Shown: one piece after another, positions 27,120 through 36,997 of the stretch
Layout: each line of letters begins with the position of its first letter
Position numbering within the stretch: the stretch's first letter is position 1
Origin: a virus
Taxonomy: Duplodnaviria > Caudoviricetes
IMG/VR virus record: IMGVR_UViG_3300012979_001162
Coordinates: 98,649 to 162,648 of that record
DNA length: 64,000 nucleotides
Direction: 5' to 3' (one strand)
The notes under the pieces: model-generated
Seen by the model: the letters and a program-made list of their open reading frames with translations, nothing else
Database searches by the model: none
Told to the model about the DNA's origin: nothing
Made by a program: the position numbers and the translations under genes

Positions 27120-29954
27120 ATGGCAAAATCACAAAAAAACCAAACTTTTGTGTTAAAAGTTAATACCGGATATCTGTCCAAAAATAATTGGCATTTAACA
27201 TTTAAGTTAAGCGAAATTAGAAAACAACCGCAACTAGTCGTGAGTTTAGGGTCATCGCAAGTGTTAAGGTGGATGCCAGAATTAACAGGTAGACCCGATG
27301 CCGATGTAAAGGCATCGCAAATCAAACAAGATATAAAATATCTTAAAAAACAGGGTAATTCGTCTGAAAATAAGCAGAAAATTAGCCAAAAATACGACGA
27401 GCTGTATGAACTTCAGTTTCAACCACACTATATGATGTTGGTGATGGATTCTCCAAAGGACTATAAATATGCTTATAATAATGGTTTTAGCATTACTATT
27501 GACTATGGTCATAAAGTAGAAACGGTCAAATACAGAAGATTTCTTGGTACTGCGGGTTCTATTAAAAAGAGCACTATTATGTTTGTGGACGAAAATATTC
27601 ATAGCGCACTGATGAAGAAAATCAATAATGGACGTTATGAGGGGCCAGAAGAAGGCGAATCGGTTAAGACTTATAACGGTATGGAGTTAAATTATAAGTT
27701 TATTCCAGCGAAAATCAATGCTTATTTTGCTTTACAGTGTTCGGCTAGTATTCCAGTACCGTGGCCTAGAGTCATCGTAGTCAAGGACGTATCCACTAAA
27801 TTTAAGGACGTTGTTAGAATTGTTAGAGATACTGGCGGCGAAAATCCAGATTGGCCAAGTGTGAGTGACCCTATAGAGAAAGAAATTGAGATTAATACTT
27901 GTGATGGTATGGGTCTAATATCTCCAGAGATGAGCGCAAAGTGGTCAGAGGCATTAAATGAGGGTTCGGAGCCATTGTCTGGGTTTAATACTCGTTGTGC
28001 TTTTCTGAAAGGTATGGTATTTACTGTAGATTTTAAGCAATTTGCTGAAGAAATTGCGGGCACATACATCATTAAGGACGCTTGGGGTGACGAAAGAGAT
28101 ATTCGAGATGCAGATGTAATTCTTACAGTATCCATGTTGAAATTGTGGAATTCATATGCCGGATATGAGGATTATTACGATAATTGCATGAAGAATGGAT
28201 ATGAGTTTTGCATTGCAAAGAGCACTCCACACGAACTACGCAGCGTTCATACAACAAACTATCAGTATCTTCAAGATTTTTCGTTTACAGACGAGCAAAT
28301 TGACGCATTGATTGAGCCTACGGTAACTAAAATTCAAGATTGTCTTGGTCTTGATTGGAAAAAGCTGATATTGTATATGTGCGGCTCGGGTTTGGACGAG
28401 AAAAGTATCGTTCATATGGACCCAATGTGTAAGGCTATTATGGCCAATCCAGAACTTATTAAAGATCCATATGTTAGGTCAAAAGTAAGTCGAATGATAC
28501 AAAGAAGGATTAGAGACGCAAAAATAGGTGTTTTGGATGTTACTGGCGACTACTCGATTGCTGGATGCGACCCATATATGCTGTTACAACATATGTTTGG
28601 GCTTGAAACTACGGGTCTTTTAAAAGCTGGTGAGTGCTATCATAAGTATTGGTCCAACAAGAAGACAGAAGAAATTTGTATTTTTCGTGCACCGATGACA
28701 AGTATCGAAAATGTGTGTAAATTAAAGGTTGTGACCAATCCTGAGTTGGAAAAATGGTACAAACACCTTAAAACTTGCATTATATTGAATGGATGGGATA
28801 CTACTGCGATGAGATGTAACGGCGAAGATTTTGATTCTGACGCAAATTTTTGCACTGATAATAAGGTATTACTTGATGCCTTTGAGTATAAAACAACCCT
28901 TATGTGCGAACAGGAAAGCAGTGTAAAGAAGAAGCCAGAAGAAGACGACTATGTAAGGTCAGATATCAATGGGTTTGGAGACTCTATCGGTAGCGTAACA
29001 AATAAAGCCACAAACATGATTTCTTTACGAGAGCAATTTAATAAAAATAGCGAAGAATATAAGAGGTTAACTTATCGAATTAGCACAATGATGAACTACC
29101 AACAGAACGCGATCGACCGTATAAAAGGCGTTGTGGCTCGTCCAGTTCCCAAAGAGTGGCTGAACGCAAGAATGTTCAAAATCGAGGAAGATGATGACGA
29201 CGATATCATTCAAGATAAACAAATTAATGCTAATATCGCAGCAGAAATTAAGCCGTGGTTCTTTATTTATAGATACTCCCAGCTTAAATCAGAACTTGAC
29301 AAGTATATGAAGGCGGTTAAATCAAATTGTAAAATCAGGTTCGGTAAAAGCTTAGATGATTTATATGCCTCTGAAAATAAGACTGATGAAGAAGAATCTT
29401 TTATATATCACTACGAAAAGTATCTTCCGGTGAGCCGAGCACCAGGAACAATGAACCGCATTTGTTGGAAAATCGAAGATGCGTTCCGTTCCACGGATGT
29501 TTTACCCAATGTTGAGTTTGATAAGTCTATTTTAAAGAGTGATGCAGAGTATTCTCAAGAAGAATATGAGCAAGTTTGGAATTTGTACGATGAGTACAAC
29601 AAGGGTATGCAATTATTCTTAAAGAAGCAGAAACAAAACGATTTTGGCGACGATGAGGTTGGTTTTGATATAGTGCATCTGAAGGATATTTTTGCAGATG
29701 AGTGCAGTAAAATATGTCCCAACTCGGAGGTATTAGCCAACATCGTAGTTGATTTATGCTATACTTCTAATAAAAATAAAACATTTGCTTGGGATGTTGC
29801 GGGTGAGCAGATTTTTAACAATGTTTTGAAAAACAATGGTTATATCATGCAATACCCAGTTAAAGACGAAAACGGAGATATCGAGTTCGACGGAAAGACG
29901 TTTTCTTTATATATACAGCAGATAGGTGGTGACGTAGATGTTGATTTTGAATGA
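27120..29954 (+). CDS. YonO-like single-subunit phage RNA polymerase (RdRP-related double-barrel family)
   Basis: 944 aa; CDGMGLISP, IFRAP and NGEDFDSD (DxDGD-type catalytic loop) in the order seen in RdRP/YonO enzymes. Confidence 0.8.
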   Translation: MAKSQKNQTFVLKVNTGYLSKNNWHLTFKLSEIRKQPQLVVSLGSSQVLRWMPELTGRPDADVKASQIKQDIKYLKKQGNSSENKQKISQKYDELYELQFQPHYMMLVMDSPKDYKYAYNNGFSITIDYGHKVETVKYRRFLGTAGSIKKSTIMFVDENIHSALMKKINNGRYEGPEEGESVKTYNGMELNYKFIPAKINAYFALQCSASIPVPWPRVIVVKDVSTKFKDVVRIVRDTGGENPDWPSVSDPIEKEIEINTCDGMGLISPEMSAKWSEALNEGSEPLSGFNTRCAFLKGMVFTVDFKQFAEEIAGTYIIKDAWGDERDIRDADVILTVSMLKLWNSYAGYEDYYDNCMKNGYEFCIAKSTPHELRSVHTTNYQYLQDFSFTDEQIDALIEPTVTKIQDCLGLDWKKLILYMCGSGLDEKSIVHMDPMCKAIMANPELIKDPYVRSKVSRMIQRRIRDAKIGVLDVTGDYSIAGCDPYMLLQHMFGLETTGLLKAGECYHKYWSNKKTEEICIFRAPMTSIENVCKLKVVTNPELEKWYKHLKTCIILNGWDTTAMRCNGEDFDSDANFCTDNKVLLDAFEYKTTLMCEQESSVKKKPEEDDYVRSDINGFGDSIGSVTNKATNMISLREQFNKNSEEYKRLTYRISTMMNYQQNAIDRIKGVVARPVPKEWLNARMFKIEEDDDDDIIQDKQINANIAAEIKPWFFIYRYSQLKSELDKYMKAVKSNCKIRFGKSLDDLYASENKTDEEESFIYHYEKYLPVSRAPGTMNRICWKIEDAFRSTDVLPNVEFDKSILKSDAEYSQEEYEQVWNLYDEYNKGMQLFLKKQKQNDFGDDEVGFDIVHLKDIFADECSKICPNSEVLANIVVDLCYTSNKNKTFAWDVAGEQIFNNVLKNNGYIMQYPVKDENGDIEFDGKTFSLYIQQIGGDVDVDFE

Positions 29955-30720
29955 AGAGAAGTATGCTAAGGATTTGTATGATGGTAAAAATCAAGACATT
30001 AAGTCTATTATGGCTAAAATTCGATATATTACTCGATATTTGCTTCATTCGGAGAAAAAGAGTGATGATGAAGCCTATACGGAGACCGTAAAGTGGCTCA
30101 AACAGAATCATAATAACTTTAATGAAAGTAGTTATTCCAATGTGATTTCCGATGCTATTAAAGCGGCATCTAAGTATCCGTTTTACATTATTGACAATAT
30201 AAAAATCACCCAATCCGAATTAGAAATTATTTCATCGCTTGATAATTTGCGAGCAGAAAAGATTTTATTTGTGCTTTTATGTATGGCAAAGCAACAAAGT
30301 ATGTCGAATGGATTCACTAACGGTCTTGTAAAATATTCAATTACGGATTTGTGTAAGACTGCCCGTGTGTCAGTTCCTGCAGATGACAGAGAGTATATTT
30401 TGTATGAAATTGTACAGAGAGGATTGCTTGGCTATCCTAAGAAAAACAATACTCAATGTTTGATTGTGAATTTTATCAACACTGATGAGGTGGCGTTAGA
30501 ACTTGACGAAACGGATTGTCGGGAGCTTGCGTATGTTTATTTACATTGGAAGAACGAAGGCAAGGGATATACAAGATGTCAGAAATGTAATCGGTGGATG
30601 AAACAGAGTAAAACTAAGCCTAAAAAATATTGCGAAGCGTGTGCAAAAGTAGTACAGGCTGAGCAAAAAAGATTGTGGGCTGAAAAAAGTAGAAAAAATC
30701 TAACACAACAAAATGATTGA
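29938..30720 (+). CDS. hypothetical protein with C-terminal zinc ribbon, coupled to the RNAP gene
   Basis: Overlaps the RNAP stop; CQKC...KYCEAC. Confidence 0.75.
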   Translation: MLILNEEKYAKDLYDGKNQDIKSIMAKIRYITRYLLHSEKKSDDEAYTETVKWLKQNHNNFNESSYSNVISDAIKAASKYPFYIIDNIKITQSELEIISSLDNLRAEKILFVLLCMAKQQSMSNGFTNGLVKYSITDLCKTARVSVPADDREYILYEIVQRGLLGYPKKNNTQCLIVNFINTDEVALELDETDCRELAYVYLHWKNEGKGYTRCQKCNRWMKQSKTKPKKYCEACAKVVQAEQKRLWAEKSRKNLTQQND

Positions 30721-30850
30721 TAAACCATAGGAAAATGCTAGTGAAATATATTTCGCCTCAAAAAGTGGTCGAGATTTTCTTAACTGATATAGAATTACAT
30801 TAGCATTTTCCTATATCAAATTTTAGCAGAAGCAAAAAGGAGAAATTTTT

Positions 30851-31474
30851 ATGAATGAACTTGAAAATGTATTGCTTTCAATCCCCGAAGATGTTGCTAA
30901 TATGCAACTACCCGATCCAGGCTTACGAGACTACTATATAGACGAGCAAAATAGAATTTATTGGGTTGATACTCAGATTGATGATTCGACGCTTGGATTA
31001 GTAAAATTCATCATTAGATGTAACAAAGAAGATGCGGGAAAGTCCATTGAAGACCGTAAGAGAATTTTAATTATGATCGATAGCCCTGGTGGTTCGGTAG
31101 AGGTCGAACAAAGCATTATTGGTGCTATAAAGATTAGTAAAACACCCGTATGGACTTGTTGTTATTGCACTGCATATAGTGCTGCCGCTGATTTACTTGC
31201 TTGTGGTCACAAAAGATTTGCATTGCCTTTTGTAAATATTATGTTTCACGCTGGCAGCGGTAAATATGAAGGAACGCAGGCACAGATTGATAGTGCAAAG
31301 AAGTTCTTTGATAAGATGAATAAGAAGGTTAATGACGAAGTGTATGTACGTGTTAACTTTGATAGCAAAACTAAGAAGAAACTCAAAACGGATGATGTTT
31401 ATATGGATGAAAATGAAGCATTGTCGTTTGGTGTAATCGACGAGATTGTTACAGATCTGGATACTCTTTATTGA
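30851..31474 (+). CDS. ClpP-like protease
   Basis: IDSPGGSV, AYSAAA..LACG..RFALP...MFH, EALSFGVIDEI. Confidence 0.85.
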   Translation: MNELENVLLSIPEDVANMQLPDPGLRDYYIDEQNRIYWVDTQIDDSTLGLVKFIIRCNKEDAGKSIEDRKRILIMIDSPGGSVEVEQSIIGAIKISKTPVWTCCYCTAYSAAADLLACGHKRFALPFVNIMFHAGSGKYEGTQAQIDSAKKFFDKMNKKVNDEVYVRVNFDSKTKKKLKTDDVYMDENEALSFGVIDEIVTDLDTLY

Positions 31475-31488
31475 TTGGAGCGATATGT

Positions 31489-32916
31489 ATGGCAAAATCC
31501 AAAAGTAAAATTCAAATTAATTTTGTAGGCGAAGCGGCGAATGATGTAACAGGTAGTTGCATTCATATAAAAACGCCCAATAGACAAATTCTTTTGGAAT
31601 GCGGAACTTTTCAAAGCTGTGGAAGTACTCTAGAAAATTATAAAGTTAATAACAAGCATTTTGATTTCAAACCAAAAGAGATTGATTATGTATTTTTAAT
31701 GCACAATCATGTGGATCATATTGGTTTAACGCCAAAACTGTATAAAAACGGTAGTGTTGCGCAGATTATTGCTCCGAGCAACACAAAATCCATAGCAGAA
31801 ATTCTTTTAAGGGACTCTGCTCGTATAATGGACGCTGATGCCTTAGAATTGTCTGATCAATTTAAGCGTGACTACTACCCCATCTACACAGAAAGCGATG
31901 TGGATAGATGTTTAAATCATTATACAGAATATCCCATTGGCGAAACAATTCAATTGGACGAATATATAAAATTTAAATTTATTCCTTCTGGGCACATATT
32001 AAATAGTGCCCAGTTGGAACTATGGATTACTGAAGGTAATGTAACCAAGAAGATTGGATATACGAGCGACCTTGGTAATGTGCATATTAAAAAATATTAT
32101 ACTAATAAATTTCAACAAATTAAAAAGTGTGATGTTTTAATTGGAGAAACTACTTATGCTCGCGAAGAGCGAATTGCAAATCAAAAGATGCGAAACAAAG
32201 ATTTAGAAAAACTTGAGAGCACCATTAGGCAAACTTGTGTTGAAGATGGAGCGAGATTGTTAATTCCCGTTTTTGCAAATGATAGGTGTCAAAATATGTT
32301 GACATACATTTATGACATTTTTCACAATGATGAGAAGTTTGACATTCCTATTTTAATAGATTCGCCGATGGCAACAAGAATATGTAGGTCATACAGTGAA
32401 TTATTGAGCGGTGAAGATGCAGAGAAGTGGAATAAAGTTCTTGAGTGGAAAAATGTTCATTTTGTTGAAGACTCTACTCAAAGCAGAGAGTGGAGAGATA
32501 GTAATAGGCCCGTGGTTGTACTTGCAAGTAGTGGGATGATGGTGCGAGGACGTAGTACCGGATGGGCTCACAATATGCTGCCCAGACCCAACGACCGAAT
32601 TGTATTTTGTGGCTTTGCGGCAGACAATTCATTGGCATCCATTATTAAAGAAGGCAAGCAGAAAACTATTACTATTTCCGGACATCGTGTGAAGAATAAG
32701 TGTCAGGTTACTGATTTGCATAGCTTTAGCTCGCACATGCAGAGAGATAGCTTGCTTAAAATATATGGATCGACCGAATGTGAAAAAGTTATACTGGTCC
32801 ACGGCGAGATGAATGGAAAGATTGAGTTTGCAAAGGAATTACAAGAAGAAATAAGTAAAAATGATAATACAAGTAAAGTGATAATTGCCAATAAAGGTTA
32901 TCAATTATCATTGTAA
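31489..32916 (+). CDS. metallo-beta-lactamase / beta-CASP ribonuclease
   Basis: VTGSC, HNHVDH, GHILNSA, SDLG, ETTY, FSSH, VHGE motifs. Confidence 0.88.
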   Translation: MAKSKSKIQINFVGEAANDVTGSCIHIKTPNRQILLECGTFQSCGSTLENYKVNNKHFDFKPKEIDYVFLMHNHVDHIGLTPKLYKNGSVAQIIAPSNTKSIAEILLRDSARIMDADALELSDQFKRDYYPIYTESDVDRCLNHYTEYPIGETIQLDEYIKFKFIPSGHILNSAQLELWITEGNVTKKIGYTSDLGNVHIKKYYTNKFQQIKKCDVLIGETTYAREERIANQKMRNKDLEKLESTIRQTCVEDGARLLIPVFANDRCQNMLTYIYDIFHNDEKFDIPILIDSPMATRICRSYSELLSGEDAEKWNKVLEWKNVHFVEDSTQSREWRDSNRPVVVLASSGMMVRGRSTGWAHNMLPRPNDRIVFCGFAADNSLASIIKEGKQKTITISGHRVKNKCQVTDLHSFSSHMQRDSLLKIYGSTECEKVILVHGEMNGKIEFAKELQEEISKNDNTSKVIIANKGYQLSL

Positions 32917-32945
32917 TAAATTTAAAAGATAACAAAGGAGAAAAG

Positions 32946-33167
32946 ATGATGGCAGATTCTATGAAGAAGAATTACAAAATTTCTGGTAGCGGTGTTCTTG
33001 ATATCAAAGATGACATGATTACAATTTGTGTCGAGGATAAAGCCGAGTTTAATCTTGCAAGAGTACTCGATGATTTTAACGGTTGTGCAATAAAGTTTAG
33101 TTTCTCGTATGATGAGGAATACGAAAAACCCGTTGAAATTGACGAGGAAACCGGCGAAGTAATTTAA
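32946..33167 (+). CDS. small acidic hypothetical protein
   Basis: AAAGGAG RBS. Confidence 0.65.
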   Translation: MMADSMKKNYKISGSGVLDIKDDMITICVEDKAEFNLARVLDDFNGCAIKFSFSYDEEYEKPVEIDEETGEVI

Positions 33168-33298
33168 GACATATAATAATTTTGTAACCGACATTTAAGT
33201 CGGCTGCAAGCACATAAGGATTAAATCGAGGGAATGGTTGATGAGGGGCGAGATTGATATGGTAGTCAATGTGGCTGTGTAGATTTAATCTGATATAC

Positions 33299-33374
33299 GC
33301 TTTCGTGGCTCAGTCGGTAGAGCACGTCATTGGTAATGACGAGGCCACCAGTTCGAATCTGGTCGAAAGCTCCA
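33299..33374 (+). tRNA. tRNA-Thr(GGT)
   Basis: GCTTTCG/CGAAAGC acceptor, anticodon arm CGTCA-TTGGTAA-TGACG, TTCGAAT T-loop, encoded CCA. Confidence 0.93.
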
Positions 33375-33378
33375 TTAT

Positions 33379-33454
33379 GGTTCGCTGGTCTAATGCAGAT
33401 GATGTCGGTCTTCGAAACCGAAAGATAGGGGTTGGAGTCCCCTGCGAACTTCCA
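33379..33454 (+). tRNA. tRNA-Arg(TCG), atypical T-loop
   Basis: GGTTCGC/GCGAACT acceptor, TCGGT-CTTCGAA-ACCGA anticodon arm, AGGGG-TTGGAGT-CCCCT T-arm, encoded CCA. Confidence 0.8.
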
Positions 33455-33494
33455 ATTACAATACAAAATTATTAAAAGAGAGGAGAAAAGAATT

Positions 33495-33815
33495 ATGACG
33501 ATTACACGCGAAGAAATGATTAGAAAACTTTCTGACAAAAGTGGCTATTATCAAAAGGATATCAGAACACTTTTACAGTGCTTGGACGAAATTGTTTTCG
33601 AGGAATTGTGTGAAGTGACGGACGAGAATGATGTCTCTATTCAGTTGGTGCAGGGCGTGAAGCTCCAGTGCATTTCCGTTCCTGAAAGACAGCGCAAAGA
33701 CCCAAGAGATCAGAGCGATATAGTGTGCAAGTCCACTTGTAAAATCAAAGCGAAGTTTTCGCAGGATTTGAAACTAAAATTGCAGGAGAATTACGATGAA
33801 AAGTACAACGGATAA
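33495..33815 (+). CDS. HU/IHF-like DNA-binding protein
   Basis: TREEMIRKLSDKSG...I..EL...PERQRKDPR...KAKFSQDLK. Confidence 0.75.
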   Translation: MTITREEMIRKLSDKSGYYQKDIRTLLQCLDEIVFEELCEVTDENDVSIQLVQGVKLQCISVPERQRKDPRDQSDIVCKSTCKIKAKFSQDLKLKLQENYDEKYNG

Positions 33816-33978
33816 ATTATATTGTTGTTATAGTTTGAATTTACGTAATTATTTATATGAACATGGCTTAAAGTATGAACTTGCCGCGCTAAATCCGAAT
33901 TCACAAAGACTATTTTGGGTTTATATGAAAACTGCACAGTTAGATGAATTGTTAACCAAGTGGTCTGCTAAAGAGTAG
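33796..33978 (+). CDS. small phage protein (DUF5659-like)
   Basis: YCCYS.NL..YL...G..Y.....NP.....FWVY; paralogous to 56798..56971. Confidence 0.6.
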   Translation: MKSTTDKLYCCYSLNLRNYLYEHGLKYELAALNPNSQRLFWVYMKTAQLDELLTKWSAKE

Positions 33979-34016
33979 ACCATTTTATTATGTAAAATTA
34001 TAGGGGGTATTAAATT

Positions 34017-35291
34017 ATGGCACAAACATATGAAAAGAAAAAGTATATTGTGTATATGTATACTTTTCCAAATGGCAAGAGATATGTTGGCAAAACTAGT
34101 AGAACTCTACGAATTAGACAGGGACATAATTGGGAAAATTATGACGAATGTCCTGCTTTATTTAATGCAATACACAAATATGGCATCGAAAATATCAAGC
34201 AAGAGATTTTAGTTGAAGGTATGATGACTAAAGATGAGTCATCAGAAATAGAAAAGTATTATATCGCGTTGTATAAAACAAATTGCAACAGATATCGTAA
34301 TCCTGAATACGGATATAACTTAACCGACGGTGGGGATGATGGATCTGGCCCGCGTCCAAGTTATCAAGGCGATGGGCACCCGAATGCTAAACCGGTTTAT
34401 TATATTGAGATGGATAAATATTATGGCAGCGCTTTGACCGCACAACAAGAGACCGGGTTTAATAAAAATTCGATTGGAGCTTGCTGTAGATGGCAATGTT
34501 ATTGCACTCATCATCCAGATGATTATGATTTGGTTAGTCACTGGCTATTTGCAGACGAGGTTACTGAAGAAAATATACAAAAAGCGTTAGCTGGTCCACC
34601 ACCACGTTCAAACGAAAGGGCTGTGTACTGCATTGAAATAGATAAGTATTTTGCAAACTCGAGCGAAGCGGAGCGGCAGACTGGTGTTTGCTCCACAGAT
34701 ATTAGATACTGTTGTCGAGGAGAACACATTTCTACTGGTCGTTATTCGGCAGATATGCCTGAGCTACATTGGCTGTGGGCGGACGATGTCAATGATGACA
34801 ATATCGCAATAGTTCTACAGAGAAAATATATACCTTACAATGCACAAAGAGTATATTGTATTGAATCGGATAAATATTTTGACACAGAATTAGATGGCGC
34901 AAAATATGGCGGAGTTAAAGATATTAAAAAATCCTTGAACTGTTACGGATATGCTGGTGGCAAACATCCTATCACTGGAGAGTCTTTACACTGGTTACGG
35001 GCAAATGAGGTTAACGAAGACAATATAAATAAAGTTTTAGATATTGCTAAAAATCTCAAAGAGGATGCGTTACGGAGATTTCGAGAAACGGTTGATGGTA
35101 AAAGGCACGGCGCACAAAACGGTCGCGCAAAATTTACCGAAGATGATGTTAAAACGATTATTCAAAGATTATTAAATGGAGAAAAATCTGCACATATTGC
35201 CAGAGATTACGGAAGGCATCCAAGCGCCGTGTCTGATATTAAAAATCATAGAGCATGGACATATTTGACGAAAGACATAGCATTTACATAA
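34017..35291 (+). CDS. GIY-YIG homing endonuclease with repeated NUMOD1-like domains
   Basis: IVYMYTFPNGKRYVGKT...GYNLT.GG; three VY(C/Y)IE.DKY repeats. Confidence 0.85.
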   Translation: MAQTYEKKKYIVYMYTFPNGKRYVGKTSRTLRIRQGHNWENYDECPALFNAIHKYGIENIKQEILVEGMMTKDESSEIEKYYIALYKTNCNRYRNPEYGYNLTDGGDDGSGPRPSYQGDGHPNAKPVYYIEMDKYYGSALTAQQETGFNKNSIGACCRWQCYCTHHPDDYDLVSHWLFADEVTEENIQKALAGPPPRSNERAVYCIEIDKYFANSSEAERQTGVCSTDIRYCCRGEHISTGRYSADMPELHWLWADDVNDDNIAIVLQRKYIPYNAQRVYCIESDKYFDTELDGAKYGGVKDIKKSLNCYGYAGGKHPITGESLHWLRANEVNEDNINKVLDIAKNLKEDALRRFRETVDGKRHGAQNGRAKFTEDDVKTIIQRLLNGEKSAHIARDYGRHPSAVSDIKNHRAWTYLTKDIAFT

Positions 35292-35308
35292 ATATATAAA
35301 ACAACAAC

Positions 35309-35335
35309 AAGAACGGTTAATGCCGTTCTTTTTTT
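35309..35335 (+). terminator. intrinsic terminator
   Basis: AAGAACGG-loop-CCGTTCTT then T run. Confidence 0.7.
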
Positions 35336-35361
35336 GATTTAGAAGAAAAGGAGAAGAATTT

Positions 35362-36585
35362 ATGAATGATATATTGAAAAGATTAGATGGCGAAACCGAA
35401 AATCAAGCTCTTTGGAGAATTGGTAAGGCTAAGGCGAATGGGCTTTTAGGAGATGCTACATGGGTTGAAGTTGCTGAATTCTTTAATAAAGAGTTCAGAG
35501 AAGACGAAACACAGTATTATGATAGTTCGGCATATAGAAAGCGTTACAAGAACTTTTCTGATGCCTATGAGGAACTCTTTAGTCAAGAAAATTTCTCTAA
35601 CGAGGAAATTATGACTATTGCAGAGCATAAGAGGGAGCTTGAAAAGGCAAAGATTAAACTCAGAGATGAGCGTATTGACTATCAGAAGTCGCTCCGAGAG
35701 GATGCAAGAAGAGAGTCATTTATCGAACTTGTCGAGAGAGCTATGGCAAAGAGTGTTGAACCTTTTGATTATAGACCATCTAGATTGTCTTACAACCCAG
35801 ACTCCGATGATATGGTGGTTTGCCTAAGCGACTTACACGCAGGCATTGAAGTTCAGAATTGGTGGAATACATATGATACTAAAATTTTGAGAAAAAGACT
35901 ACATAAATATCTTGATGAAGTACTTGAAATTCAGGGCATTCATCAATGTAGAGTTTGTCACTTGGTGCTTGGTGGTGATAACATCTCGGGGTTAATACAT
36001 ACAAATCTTAGATTGCAAAATAATGAGAATGTCGTGGAACAGTTAAAAATTGCTGTTACATATATTGGAGAGTTTATAGACGCTTTACAGTCTCATTTTG
36101 AGGAAATTAGAGTGCATAGTGTTTCTGGTAATCACTCAAGAATTAGCCCTAGCAAGGATGATAATTTGAAGGGTGAGGAACTTGATGATATGATTCCTTT
36201 TTGTTTGAGCTTGCAGTTTGCAGGAAATAACAAAGTTCAGATTTGCGAGGGTTATGCTGAAAAGATAGATAGCACCATTAGTGCATTTAAGACAACCGGA
36301 GGTAAGCGTTTTTATGTGGTTCATGGAGATAAAGATTCTCCTAGTACTGTGGTTAAAAACCTTACTTTGATGTCTGGCACCAAACCAGATGGAATCATTA
36401 TGGGACACCGTCACCACAATGCATTGGATAGCGAGCATAATGTGAAAGTGATACAGTGTGGTTGTGTGGTAGGTACAGATGACTACTGTGTTGATAAGCG
36501 TATCTCTGGAGAACCCGAACAATGTGTGTTTATTACAAGTGAACATAGAACGGTCAAGTGTCTATATGACATTGGATTGAATTAA
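35362..36585 (+). CDS. calcineurin-like metallophosphoesterase
   Basis: SDLHAG, GGDNISG, GNHSR, VHGD, GHRH. Confidence 0.85.
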   Translation: MNDILKRLDGETENQALWRIGKAKANGLLGDATWVEVAEFFNKEFREDETQYYDSSAYRKRYKNFSDAYEELFSQENFSNEEIMTIAEHKRELEKAKIKLRDERIDYQKSLREDARRESFIELVERAMAKSVEPFDYRPSRLSYNPDSDDMVVCLSDLHAGIEVQNWWNTYDTKILRKRLHKYLDEVLEIQGIHQCRVCHLVLGGDNISGLIHTNLRLQNNENVVEQLKIAVTYIGEFIDALQSHFEEIRVHSVSGNHSRISPSKDDNLKGEELDDMIPFCLSLQFAGNNKVQICEGYAEKIDSTISAFKTTGGKRFYVVHGDKDSPSTVVKNLTLMSGTKPDGIIMGHRHHNALDSEHNVKVIQCGCVVGTDDYCVDKRISGEPEQCVFITSEHRTVKCLYDIGLN

Positions 36586-36629
36586 AATTAATACAATACA
36601 AAATGATTTAGAAAGCGAGAGTAGAAATT

Positions 36630-36962
36630 ATGAATAACAAAACAAAGAAGAGCCAACTCGTGTTTGACCCCAAAATGGCTCGTAAACTTTTAAAGCTTAA
36701 CGGCGAAGTTAAGTTTTGCCCTTATTGTGCGACCCCTATGTCTGAGGGTTGCGAATGTCACAAGAACATTGTTGTGGACATAAAGCCTTATAGAAATGAG
36801 GATAACGTGATTGTGCCCGATAGAAGTGTTCTTGTTTTTGAGAATAACTCGGCGTTTCAGGCAGACTACAATCAGATGATTGAGGAAGCGAGAGCAAAGA
36901 GAGAGGCAGAAACAGAGGTTGAGGTTAAATTTGATGTCGAAGTAGAGATCGAATTAGACTAA
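36630..36962 (+). CDS. hypothetical protein
   Basis: ORF; CPYC motif. Confidence 0.65.
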   Translation: MNNKTKKSQLVFDPKMARKLLKLNGEVKFCPYCATPMSEGCECHKNIVVDIKPYRNEDNVIVPDRSVLVFENNSAFQADYNQMIEEARAKREAETEVEVKFDVEVEIELD

Positions 36963-36997
36963 TTGCTCCTCGAAATTTATAGAAAGGAGTGATATCT

